Shown: positions 17,050 through 23,961 of the stretch, piece after piece
How the letters are laid out: every line of letters begins with the position of its first letter
How positions within the stretch are numbered: the first letter of the stretch is position 1
Assembly (NCBI RefSeq): GCF_001457595.1
Contig: NZ_LN831039.1
Location: forward strand, 3,060,001 to 3,092,000
Reading direction: 5' to 3'
DNA: 32,000 nt
From: Mycolicibacterium smegmatis
Lineage (GTDB): Bacteria > Actinomycetota > Actinomycetes > Mycobacteriales > Mycobacteriaceae
The notes under the pieces: model-generated
Told to the model about the DNA's origin: nothing
What the model saw: only the letters and a program-made list of their open reading frames with translations
The model's database searches: none
Program-made: the position numbers and the translations under genes

Positions 17050-17496
17050 ATGCATTCCGATGCCAGTGTCGAACAGGCCTCCACGATGGTCGAGGTACTG
17101 AAGCGTTTCTACGTCGCGGAGACGGCGTACCTGGGCTCGGACGACAAGGACTTCTCGATCGTCGCGCCGACGCTTCACCCGGATTGTGTTGTGCTGCACC
17201 CGCAGTCGCTGCCCTATGCCGGACGGTGGGTGGGTCACGAGGGTGTCGAACGCTGGCTCAGGGCGTTCGGGGACACCTGGTCGGCTTTGGAGGTCACCGA
17301 CCCGGTCTTCTACCCGTCGGGATCGGACACGGTGTTCGTCCGCTGCCACGTTCGCGCAGTGGCGCGCGCCACCGGAACCGAGATCGACTGGCCCATGCTG
17401 CAGATGATCACGATCAGAGACCGGTTGATCGGCGAGATCGAGCCGTTCATGTGGGACACCGCGGCGACGCTGGAGAAACTGCGGCCGCAAACCTGA
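17050..17496 (+). CDS. NTF2-like (SnoaL-type) protein
   Basis: Track ORF 16942-17496 is over-extended. ATG 17050 follows GAAGGGA. The 148-aa product has an NTF2/SnoaL-like pattern (VEVLKRFYVAETAYL..., WVGHEGVERW..., FVRCHVRAV...). Confidence 0.65.
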   Translation: MHSDASVEQASTMVEVLKRFYVAETAYLGSDDKDFSIVAPTLHPDCVVLHPQSLPYAGRWVGHEGVERWLRAFGDTWSALEVTDPVFYPSGSDTVFVRCHVRAVARATGTEIDWPMLQMITIRDRLIGEIEPFMWDTAATLEKLRPQT

Positions 17497-17497
17497 T

Positions 17498-17528
17498 GTG
17501 GCCGCGGTCCTTGTGGGACCGCGGCCAC
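17498..17528. terminator. Strong GC-rich hairpin between convergent genes (bidirectional terminator candidate)
   Basis: GTGGCCGCGGTCC-ttgtg-GGACCGCGGCCAC is a perfect 13-bp stem with a 5-nt loop, starting 2 nt after the NTF2-like gene stop. Confidence 0.6.
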
Positions 17529-17540
17529 GCCAGGGGGATT

Positions 17541-17557
17541 CTTCCCTTGTGGGGAAG
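17541..17557. terminator. Second, weaker hairpin immediately 3' of car
   Basis: CTTCCC-ttgtg-GGGAAG, a 6-bp stem with the same TTGTG loop, 4 nt from the car stop codon (TAA on the minus strand, 17562-17564). Confidence 0.3.
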
Positions 17558-17561
17558 TCTG

Positions 17562-20500
17562 TTACAGCAATCCGAGCATCTGCAGGTTGCTGATGTACTT
17601 GACGATCACGTCGGCCGTGACGTGCGGAATGTCCTTGTCGGGGCCGATCTTCGCGTCCTGCACCGCGGCACGGAACCGGTCGGTGGGTGCCATGGCACCG
17701 CACACGGGCGGTGAGGGCTGCTGATAGTTGTGCAGCAGCGGCAGCAGCGAGGCCTGACGTTGCCGTTCCGGCAGGGCCCGCAGTGCGGTTTCGAACCGGC
17801 TCAGCCAGGTGGCGTAGTCGTCGACGCGGTGCACGGGGTAGCCGGCCTCGATCAGCCAGTCCACGTACTCGTCGAGGCCGATGCCGTCGTCGTACGGGTT
17901 CATCACGTGGAACGTCTCGAATCCGTCGGTGACCTGCGAGCCGATGGTGGAGATCGCCTCGGCGATGAACTCCACGGGCAGCCCGTCGTAGTGGGCGCGC
18001 TGCCGGTTGCCGTCCGCATCGAGTTCGTAGAACGAACCGGGCGCGATGCCGGTCGCCACGAGGCTCAGCATCAGGCGGGTGAACATGTCCGGCAGGTTCA
18101 GCTGACCCGAGTAGGTCGTGTCGGCCAGGATCATGTCGCAGCGGAACACCGAGACCGGCAGACCACACCAGTCGTGCGCCTCCCGCAGCAGGACCTCGCC
18201 GGCCCACTTGCTGTTGCCGTAGCCGTTGGCGTACGAGTCGTCGACCCGGCGCGTCGCGCTGATCTCGCGGATGTCGGCGTCCTCGACGAACGCCTCGGGG
18301 GAGATGCCCTGTCCCACACCGATCGTCGAGACGTACACGTACGGCTTGATCGTGGTGGTCAGCGCGATCCGGATGAGTTCGGCGGTGCCGAGCGCATTGG
18401 GTCCGAACATCTGGCTGTACGGCAGGACGTGATTGACCAGGGCGGCCGGATCGACGATCAGATCGACGGTGTCGGCCAGTCGCTGCCACGTGTCGTGGTC
18501 GAGACCCAGATCGGCCTCGCCCTTGTCACCGGCGATCACCTCGAGGTGATCGGCTGCCAGCGCGCGGTAGTGCTCGAGCAGTGTCGCGTCCCCGGTGTCG
18601 AACGTGGCGTCCAGACGCGCCCGGGCCTCGTCGTCGCTGCGGGCGCGCACCAGGCAGATCACCTTGCCGTCCACCAGGTCCATGCGCTCCAGCCATTCCA
18701 GCGCCAGATAGCGGCCCAGGAACCCGGTGGCGCCGGTCAGCAGCACGGTGCGGATCTCGGTGCCCGAACGCGGCAGACCCGGCGCGGCGGACAGGGTCTT
18801 GGCGTCGATGAACTTGCCCAGGGCGAGATCACGCGCGCGCACCTCGGTGGCGTCGCGCCCGTGCACCGACGCGTATGTGGGGCGCTTGGAGCCGCGCAGT
18901 TCGCCCTCGATGTAGGCCGCGACGCCTGCCAGGTCGGTGGCCGGGCTGACGATGACGCCGACCGGCACGTCGACATCGAAGATCTCGTGCAACAGGTTCG
19001 AGAAGCTCAAGGCCGACAACGAATCTCCACCCAGATCGGTGAAGTGCGCATCGGACCGCAGATCCGTGACGGAGGCACCGAGCAGTGCGACCGCGGCGCG
19101 GCTGACGGTCTCGACCACGGGCCGGTCGGCTCCGTTGCGGCGCAACTCGCGCAACTCGTTGGCCTGCCCCTCGGCCAGGTCGGTGTAGAGCTGTTCGAGG
19201 CGTTCGCCGTAGTGCGCCTTCAGTTTCGGCCGGGCCAGCTTGCGGATACCGGTCAGCAGGCCGTTCTCCAGCGTGAAAGGTGTTGTCTCGACGAGGAAGT
19301 CACGCGGGATCTCATACGACTGCAATCCGGCGGCTCGTGCCGCGTCCTGCAGTGAGTCGCTGATGCGCGACTTGAGTTCGTCACCGTCCCAACGTGACAG
19401 TGCCTCTTCGGTCGGGACCACGACCGCCAGCAGATAGGACCGCGCGCTGTTGCCGTAGACGTAGATCTGGCGTACCAGGGGGCTGTCGCCGAACACCGCC
19501 TCCAGCTTGGAGACCGTGACGAATTCGCCCTGCGACAGTTTCAGCACGTTGTTGCGGCGGTCGAGGTATTCGAGATGGTCGGGCCCGAGCTCGGCGACGA
19601 TGTCGCCGGTGCGGTAGTACCCGTCCTCGTCGAACATCTCGGCGGTGATCTCCGGACGCTTGTAGTAGCCGGGGAACATCTGCTCGGACTTGACCAGAAG
19701 TTCGCCGCGCGGGTAGGGCCGGTCCGTGGCGAAGTAGCCGAGATCGGGCACGTCGACCAGCTTGTAGTCGATGACCGGCGGGCGCTGGATCTGCCCGTCG
19801 ATGAACACCGCGCCGGCCTCGGTGGAGCCGTAGCCCTCCAGCAGATGCATGTCGAGCAGGTCCTCGACCCAGCTCTTCATCTCCGCCGAGATGGGAGCCG
19901 ATCCGGTCAGGGCCGAAACGAATCGCCCGCCGAGCAGTTGGGTGCGGACCTCTTCGAGGACTGCGGCTTCGGCTCGGTCCTCGGATCCCTCGGCGCGGCG
20001 GTTGTCGAGGCGGCTCTGGTACTCCTGGAACAGCATGTCCCAGATGCGAGGAACGAAGTTGAGCTGCGTGGGCCGCACGAGGGCGAGGTCCTCCAGGAAG
20101 GTGGACAGGTCGCTGCGTGCGGCGAAGTACGCGGTTCCGCCGCTGGCGAGTGTGCTGCACAGGATGCCGCGCCCCATGACGTGACTCATGGGCATGAAGT
20201 TCAGGGTGATTGACGGCATCACGCCGAGGGTCTCGTCCCACCGGGCCTTGGACCCGGCCTGCCACATCGTGGCGGTCTTGGACTCGGGGTACATCGCGCC
20301 CTTGGGAGTGCCGGTGCTGCCGGAGGTGTAGATGAGAAGGGTCAGCGGGTCGGTCTCGTCGGGCACGTAGAGCGGTGCGTCGGCGAGTGACCGCCCGCGG
20401 TCCAGTACGTCGGTGATCGTCTCGACGACGACGCCGGTGCCTGCGAGCTTGCCCTTGGCCGCCTCGAACGCCTCACGCTGATCGTCGACCTCGTGGCTGT

Positions 20501-21068
20501 AGTCGAACACCACCAGTCGCGACGGCGCGGGCCCGGACTCGACGAGAGCGACTGCGTCGGCGAGGAAGTCGACGCTCGACGCGATCACCTTGGGCTCGGT
20601 CTCGGCGACGATCGGCTGCAGTTGGGCCACCGGCGCACTGGTCTGCAGCGGTACGGACACGGCGCCGAGTTCGAGCAGGGCGATGTCGATCGTCGTGTAG
20701 TCGACACTGGTGAAACCCAGGATGGCCACGCGGTCACCGGCATTCACCGGATGGTTGTGCCAGGCATTGGTCACGGCCTGGATCCGGCCTGCGAGCTGAC
20801 GGTAGGTGATGGTGTCGAAGCGGGGCAGGAGCTTCGCGGTGGTGCGGCCTTCTTCGTCGGTGACGAACTCGACGGCGCGCTTGCCGAGCGCAGGGCGGTC
20901 CGCATAGCCGGCCAGAATCTGTTTGACCGCGGCAGGAAGGCGCAACTCCGGATCGGCGGCAGCCGCGCTGATCGCCTCGTCGGGACGGGCGGCGGCGAAC
21001 TGCGGGTCGGTTTCGAACAAGTGGTCAATGCGCCGGTTGAAGCGGTCTTCGCGCGTTTCGATCGTCAT
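17562..21068 (-). CDS. car: Carboxylic acid reductase (CAR; FadD9 orthologue): adenylation - carrier protein - NADPH reductase domains
   Basis: Start set at ATG 21068 ([10 protein letters not shown]...). The 40-codon upstream extension in the track has AT-rich, atypical codons. AMP-binding motif [14 protein letters not shown], phosphopantetheine site LGGDSLSA, terminal reductase Rossmann motif [13 protein letters not shown]. Adjacent to gabT, like Rv2590. Confidence 0.95.
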   Translation of the reverse strand: MTIETREDRFNRRIDHLFETDPQFAAARPDEAISAAAADPELRLPAAVKQILAGYADRPALGKRAVEFVTDEEGRTTAKLLPRFDTITYRQLAGRIQAVTNAWHNHPVNAGDRVAILGFTSVDYTTIDIALLELGAVSVPLQTSAPVAQLQPIVAETEPKVIASSVDFLADAVALVESGPAPSRLVVFDYSHEVDDQREAFEAAKGKLAGTGVVVETITDVLDRGRSLADAPLYVPDETDPLTLLIYTSGSTGTPKGAMYPESKTATMWQAGSKARWDETLGVMPSITLNFMPMSHVMGRGILCSTLASGGTAYFAARSDLSTFLEDLALVRPTQLNFVPRIWDMLFQEYQSRLDNRRAEGSEDRAEAAVLEEVRTQLLGGRFVSALTGSAPISAEMKSWVEDLLDMHLLEGYGSTEAGAVFIDGQIQRPPVIDYKLVDVPDLGYFATDRPYPRGELLVKSEQMFPGYYKRPEITAEMFDEDGYYRTGDIVAELGPDHLEYLDRRNNVLKLSQGEFVTVSKLEAVFGDSPLVRQIYVYGNSARSYLLAVVVPTEEALSRWDGDELKSRISDSLQDAARAAGLQSYEIPRDFLVETTPFTLENGLLTGIRKLARPKLKAHYGERLEQLYTDLAEGQANELRELRRNGADRPVVETVSRAAVALLGASVTDLRSDAHFTDLGGDSLSALSFSNLLHEIFDVDVPVGVIVSPATDLAGVAAYIEGELRGSKRPTYASVHGRDATEVRARDLALGKFIDAKTLSAAPGLPRSGTEIRTVLLTGATGFLGRYLALEWLERMDLVDGKVICLVRARSDDEARARLDATFDTGDATLLEHYRALAADHLEVIAGDKGEADLGLDHDTWQRLADTVDLIVDPAALVNHVLPYSQMFGPNALGTAELIRIALTTTIKPYVYVSTIGVGQGISPEAFVEDADIREISATRRVDDSYANGYGNSKWAGEVLLREAHDWCGLPVSVFRCDMILADTTYSGQLNLPDMFTRLMLSLVATGIAPGSFYELDADGNRQRAHYDGLPVEFIAEAISTIGSQVTDGFETFHVMNPYDDGIGLDEYVDWLIEAGYPVHRVDDYATWLSRFETALRALPERQRQASLLPLLHNYQQPSPPVCGAMAPTDRFRAAVQDAKIGPDKDIPHVTADVIVKYISNLQMLGLL

Positions 21069-21089
21069 ATGAAATCCCCTGAGCAAATA

Positions 21090-21100
21090 AAAACTAAGTT
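21090..21100 (-). repeat. Proximal copy of the AACTTAGTTTT motif in the car leader
   Basis: Plus-strand AAAACTAAGTT at 21090-21100. An identical 11-mer lies at 21261-21271. It contains the palindromic core AACTnAGTT and a TANNNT hexamer (TAGTTT) on the car strand. Confidence 0.45.
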
Positions 21101-21260
21101 CGGCACGGTGTGGCACCTGATGGTTACTACGCTTGTCTATGTAATTTGATTCCTTTTTGACCACTCCATTTGGTGCGATCTGCATCACTTTCGGCTTGGC
21201 GGATGGTGACGCTCACGGCAAACGACGCGCGGCGCTGCGCGCCGGAGTTATGCCGTTAGT

Positions 21261-21271
21261 AAAACTAAGTT
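21261..21271 (-). repeat. Distal copy of the AACTTAGTTTT motif
   Basis: Identical 11-mer 171 bp upstream of the proximal copy. Embedded in the inverted repeat TTAGT-aaa-ACTAA (21256-21268). Confidence 0.45.
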
Positions 21272-21348
21272 GATTCCCGGTGTCCTGTGTCCAGCCTGCT
21301 GATGTGCTGTGAGTTCGTGGGCGTCGCACGCGGAACGCGCGCGTCTCG

Positions 21349-21990
21349 TCAGTGAATCGCGGGCACGGCGGCCGCGGGCTCGCGGCGACCGGCGAGGACC
21401 TCGACGATCGCGACCGGATCGGGTACCGCGACGAGCAGATCGCGCGTCGCCGTCAGCGCGGCGCCGGACGGCTCGACGTCACCGACCGTGGCCGCCAGGT
21501 CCAGCAGGTGCACGGTCGCCTCCATGAGCGCGACCTCCGCCACCACCGCCAACGTCGTACTGCCCACGACGGGGTAGCGGATGACGGTGTCGTGTGGCCT
21601 GGTCATCTCCGGCATGGCCCGCACTCGGCGCGCGCATTCGGCGAACCGGTTCGCTGCGTCCTCGGGTGTCAACGCCGTGGCCTCCGTGGCGGCCCGCTCG
21701 GCGATCCGGCCCGCGGTGGTGGTGGCCACGCCGTCGGGTTGGTTGAAGATGCGCAACAACTGTGCGGCGTCGGTCACCGCGGCGTCCCCCGAAACGGTTG
21801 CCGCCGCCAGTGACTCGAACGTCGTGACCTCGGGACACACGTGGGCGACCAGCGATCGCACGTCCCATCCCTCGCACCGTGTGCGGGCGCGCCACTGCGC
21901 CGCGGTGAGGCCGGCGCACCGGCGCCCCCACCGTTCCCACGCGTCGGCCAGCGTCTCGACCATCACCACGTCGCCAACCCCACGCGTCAT
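21349..21990 (-). CDS. DinB-superfamily protein, mycothiol-dependent maleylpyruvate isomerase N-terminal domain type (TIGR03083-like)
   Basis: 213 aa. The N-terminal pattern LTAAQWRARTRCEGWDVRSLVAHV is typical of actinobacterial MDMPI_N/DinB proteins. Confidence 0.6.
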   Translation of the reverse strand: MTRGVGDVVMVETLADAWERWGRRCAGLTAAQWRARTRCEGWDVRSLVAHVCPEVTTFESLAAATVSGDAAVTDAAQLLRIFNQPDGVATTTAGRIAERAATEATALTPEDAANRFAECARRVRAMPEMTRPHDTVIRYPVVGSTTLAVVAEVALMEATVHLLDLAATVGDVEPSGAALTATRDLLVAVPDPVAIVEVLAGRREPAAAVPAIH

Positions 21991-22080
21991 GCGCCCAGCC
22001 TAGGAAGGTGCCGCCGAACGTGTCACGACGGTTCGCCGGGTCACCGCGCGGGTATCCGCAGTTTCGTCAAAGGAGGCATC

Positions 22081-22800
22081 ATGACCGATTACGAGACCCG
22101 CGGTGGTCGCCTGACAATGCCGCGCAGCCGCGGCGCCGCCAGCGGATTGTTGCTGGTGGTACTGGGCATCTATGGCGCACTGATCCCGTTCGTCGGCCCG
22201 TATCTCGACTTCGCGTTCACTCCGGATCAGCCCTGGGCGTGGACGACGGCGCGTGGCTGGCTCGAGGTACTCCCCGGCGCGGCCACCGCACTCGGCGGCT
22301 TCCTGCTCCTGACGTCGGGCAACCGGCTGAGCGCGATGCTCGGCGGCTGGCTCGCGGTGCTGGGCGGGGCGTGGTTCGTCGTCGGCCGGGCGCTGGCCGG
22401 GCCGCTCGGGCTGGGCAACCCCGGATCACCCGTGGCGGTCACCGACGCCAAGCGCGTGACCCTGGAACTGGCGTACTTCGGCGGTCTGGGTGCGCTGATC
22501 ATCCTGCTGGCGGCCATGGCGCTGGGCCGGCTGTCGGTCCGCAGTGTGCGCGACGTCGCCTATGCGCGCAGGCCGCTGGCCGGCGACCGCGCCGAGACCC
22601 GCTATGACGACCGAGTCGACGCGCCCGCCGACACGCACGTCGTGGACGCGCCGACGACGCAGATGCCCGCCCAACCGGTTGCGGCCACGGCGACGCCGAC
22701 CACCTCGATGCCGGCTTCGCAGCACACCGAGTCGATGCGCGCACCGCGACGCAGGCGTTTCGGCGGGCTGTTCGGTCGCAGGCACACAACCGCGCACTAG
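22081..22800 (+). CDS. Hypothetical integral membrane protein with Ala/Pro/Thr-rich C-terminal tail
   Basis: ATG 22081 is preceded by AGGAGG (track ORF 21841 is over-extended). About four hydrophobic segments, then a low-complexity tail ending RRRRFGGLFGRRHTTAH. I recognise no family. Its TAG stop (22798-22800) coincides with the IS insertion point. Confidence 0.55.
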   Translation: MTDYETRGGRLTMPRSRGAASGLLLVVLGIYGALIPFVGPYLDFAFTPDQPWAWTTARGWLEVLPGAATALGGFLLLTSGNRLSAMLGGWLAVLGGAWFVVGRALAGPLGLGNPGSPVAVTDAKRVTLELAYFGGLGALIILLAAMALGRLSVRSVRDVAYARRPLAGDRAETRYDDRVDAPADTHVVDAPTTQMPAQPVAATATPTTSMPASQHTESMRAPRRRRFGGLFGRRHTTAH

Positions 22801-23882
22801 TGTCCTGAGTCATTAATTCGGGCGCAGTAGTTGGCGATGCTGGCCAGGATTTGATCGGCGGTCTTGGTCCAGACGTAGGGCTTGGGGTTGTCGTTCCAGG
22901 TGTCGATCCACGCTCGGATGTCGGCGTTGAGTTGCCGAACTGAGGTGTGGGTGGAGCGTCGCAGCTTCTTGGTGGTCAGCTCGGCGAACCAGCGTTCCAC
23001 GAGATTGAGCCAGGACGAGCTGGTCGGGGTGAAGTGCAGGACAAATCTGGGATGGCCTGTCAGCCAACGTTTTACCGCAGGGGTCTTGTGCGTGGAGGCG
23101 TTGTCGAGAACCAAGTGCACATCAAGATCGTCGGGGACCTCGACGTCGATCTTCTTGAGAAAAGCCAGAAACTCCGTGGCTCGGTGGCGAGAGTGCAGGG
23201 CGCCGATCACCTTGCCGGTGGTCAGGTCGAGAGCGGCGTAGAGGCTGGAGGTGCCGTGGCGAACGTAGTCATGGCTGGCCCGCGCCGGGGTGCCGGGCAA
23301 CATCGGGAACACCGGTTGGGTCCGGTTCAGTGCCTGGATCTGGGTTTTCTCGTCCACGCACAGCACCAAGGCCCGTTCCGGTGGGTTCAGGTACAGCCCG
23401 ACGACATCGCGGACCTTGGCCACAAACAGCGGGTCTTTCGACAGTTTCCACGAGTCCTGCTTGTGGGGAGCCAGTCCGAACGCTCGCCAGACGCGCGAGA
23501 CCATCGACTGACTCAACCCCAGATGGGCAGCCATCGAGCGGGTTGACCAATGGGTGGCATCAGGCGGGGTGGTCTCCAACGTCGCGGTGATCAACGCTTC
23601 GATCTGCTCGTCACCGACAACCCGCGGCCGACCCGGACGTGGTTCATCAACGAGGCCGTCCAGTCGCAGCTCAGCGAACCGATTGCGCCAGCGCCGCACC
23701 GTGCCGATCGACAACTCCAGGCGATCGGCCAGTTCAGTATTGGACCCACCATCGGCAGCTGCCAACACAATTCGAGCCCGCATGGCCAGGCCGGCAGCAC
23801 TCGTACGTCGCCGCGCCCAGCCCTCCAACTCGGCCCGCTCATCAGCGGACAACACAATCTCAGCGGCATGAGGAGTCGGCAC
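22797..23882 (-). CDS. IS630-family DDE transposase
   Basis: 361 aa with GTG start 23882. N-terminal HTH region (LSADERAELEGWARRR, GSNTELADRLELSIGTVRRWRNRF) and catalytic region with VDEK..., LDNASTHK..., SSWLNLVERWF (DD-35-E type). The ORF runs through the left IR, and its TAG stop is made of the flanking CTA. Confidence 0.93.
   Translation of the reverse strand: MPTPHAAEIVLSADERAELEGWARRRTSAAGLAMRARIVLAAADGGSNTELADRLELSIGTVRRWRNRFAELRLDGLVDEPRPGRPRVVGDEQIEALITATLETTPPDATHWSTRSMAAHLGLSQSMVSRVWRAFGLAPHKQDSWKLSKDPLFVAKVRDVVGLYLNPPERALVLCVDEKTQIQALNRTQPVFPMLPGTPARASHDYVRHGTSSLYAALDLTTGKVIGALHSRHRATEFLAFLKKIDVEVPDDLDVHLVLDNASTHKTPAVKRWLTGHPRFVLHFTPTSSSWLNLVERWFAELTTKKLRRSTHTSVRQLNADIRAWIDTWNDNPKPYVWTKTADQILASIANYCARINDSGH
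22800..22818. repeat. IS630 terminal inverted repeat (transposase 3' end)
   Basis: GTGTCCTGAGTCATTAATT is the perfect reverse complement of 23907-23925. Confidence 0.88.
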
Positions 23883-23906
23883 GACCTAGTTTAACAACTA
23901 GGCCGC

Positions 23907-23925
23907 AATTAATGACTCAGGACAC
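23907..23925. repeat. IS630 terminal inverted repeat (transposase 5' end)
   Basis: AATTAATGACTCAGGACAC is the perfect reverse complement of 22800-22818. Confidence 0.88.
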
Positions 23926-23933
23926 TAGGTGTA

Positions 23934-23957
23934 TCGGGGGAGCGCCGGCTCCCCCGA
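23934..23957. terminator. GC-rich hairpin 3' of gabT (bidirectional terminator candidate)
   Basis: TCGGGGGAGC-gccg-GCTCCCCCGA is a perfect 10-bp stem, 4 nt from the gabT stop (23962-23964) and 6 nt from the IS end. Confidence 0.6.
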
Positions 23958-23961
23958 GGTG

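Larger units (their letters stand above)
22800..23925 (-). mobile_element. IS630-family insertion sequence, apparently intact (1126 bp)
   Basis: 19-bp perfect terminal inverted repeats, flanking TA dinucleotides (22798-22799 and 23926-23927) within CTAG on both sides, and a single full-length DDE transposase ORF. Confidence 0.9.

Noticed and set aside
15861-17084. 407-aa minus-strand ORF opposite the LacI-family gene
   Set aside because: The LacI frame has a clear HTH and sugar-binding-fold pattern, whereas the antisense product is Arg/Gly/His-rich with no motifs.
16774-18489. 571-aa minus-strand ORF overlapping the lacI end, the NTF2-like gene and the car 3' end in another frame
   Set aside because: It runs through a strong terminator hairpin and an intergenic region, and it is out of frame with car. 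Composition artefact.
17730-19355. 541-aa plus-strand ORF antisense to car
   Set aside because: car is a contiguous 1168-codon gene with all three domain signatures. The antisense ORF has no motifs and is a typical GC-driven open frame.
21069-21188. 40-codon in-frame N-terminal extension of car offered by the ORF track ([23 protein letters not shown]...)
   Set aside because: Its codons are AT-rich and unlike the rest of the genome. ATG 21068 has an AGGGGA RBS and gives the [11 protein letters not shown]-terminus expected for CAR. The extension covers the putative promoter and operator repeats.
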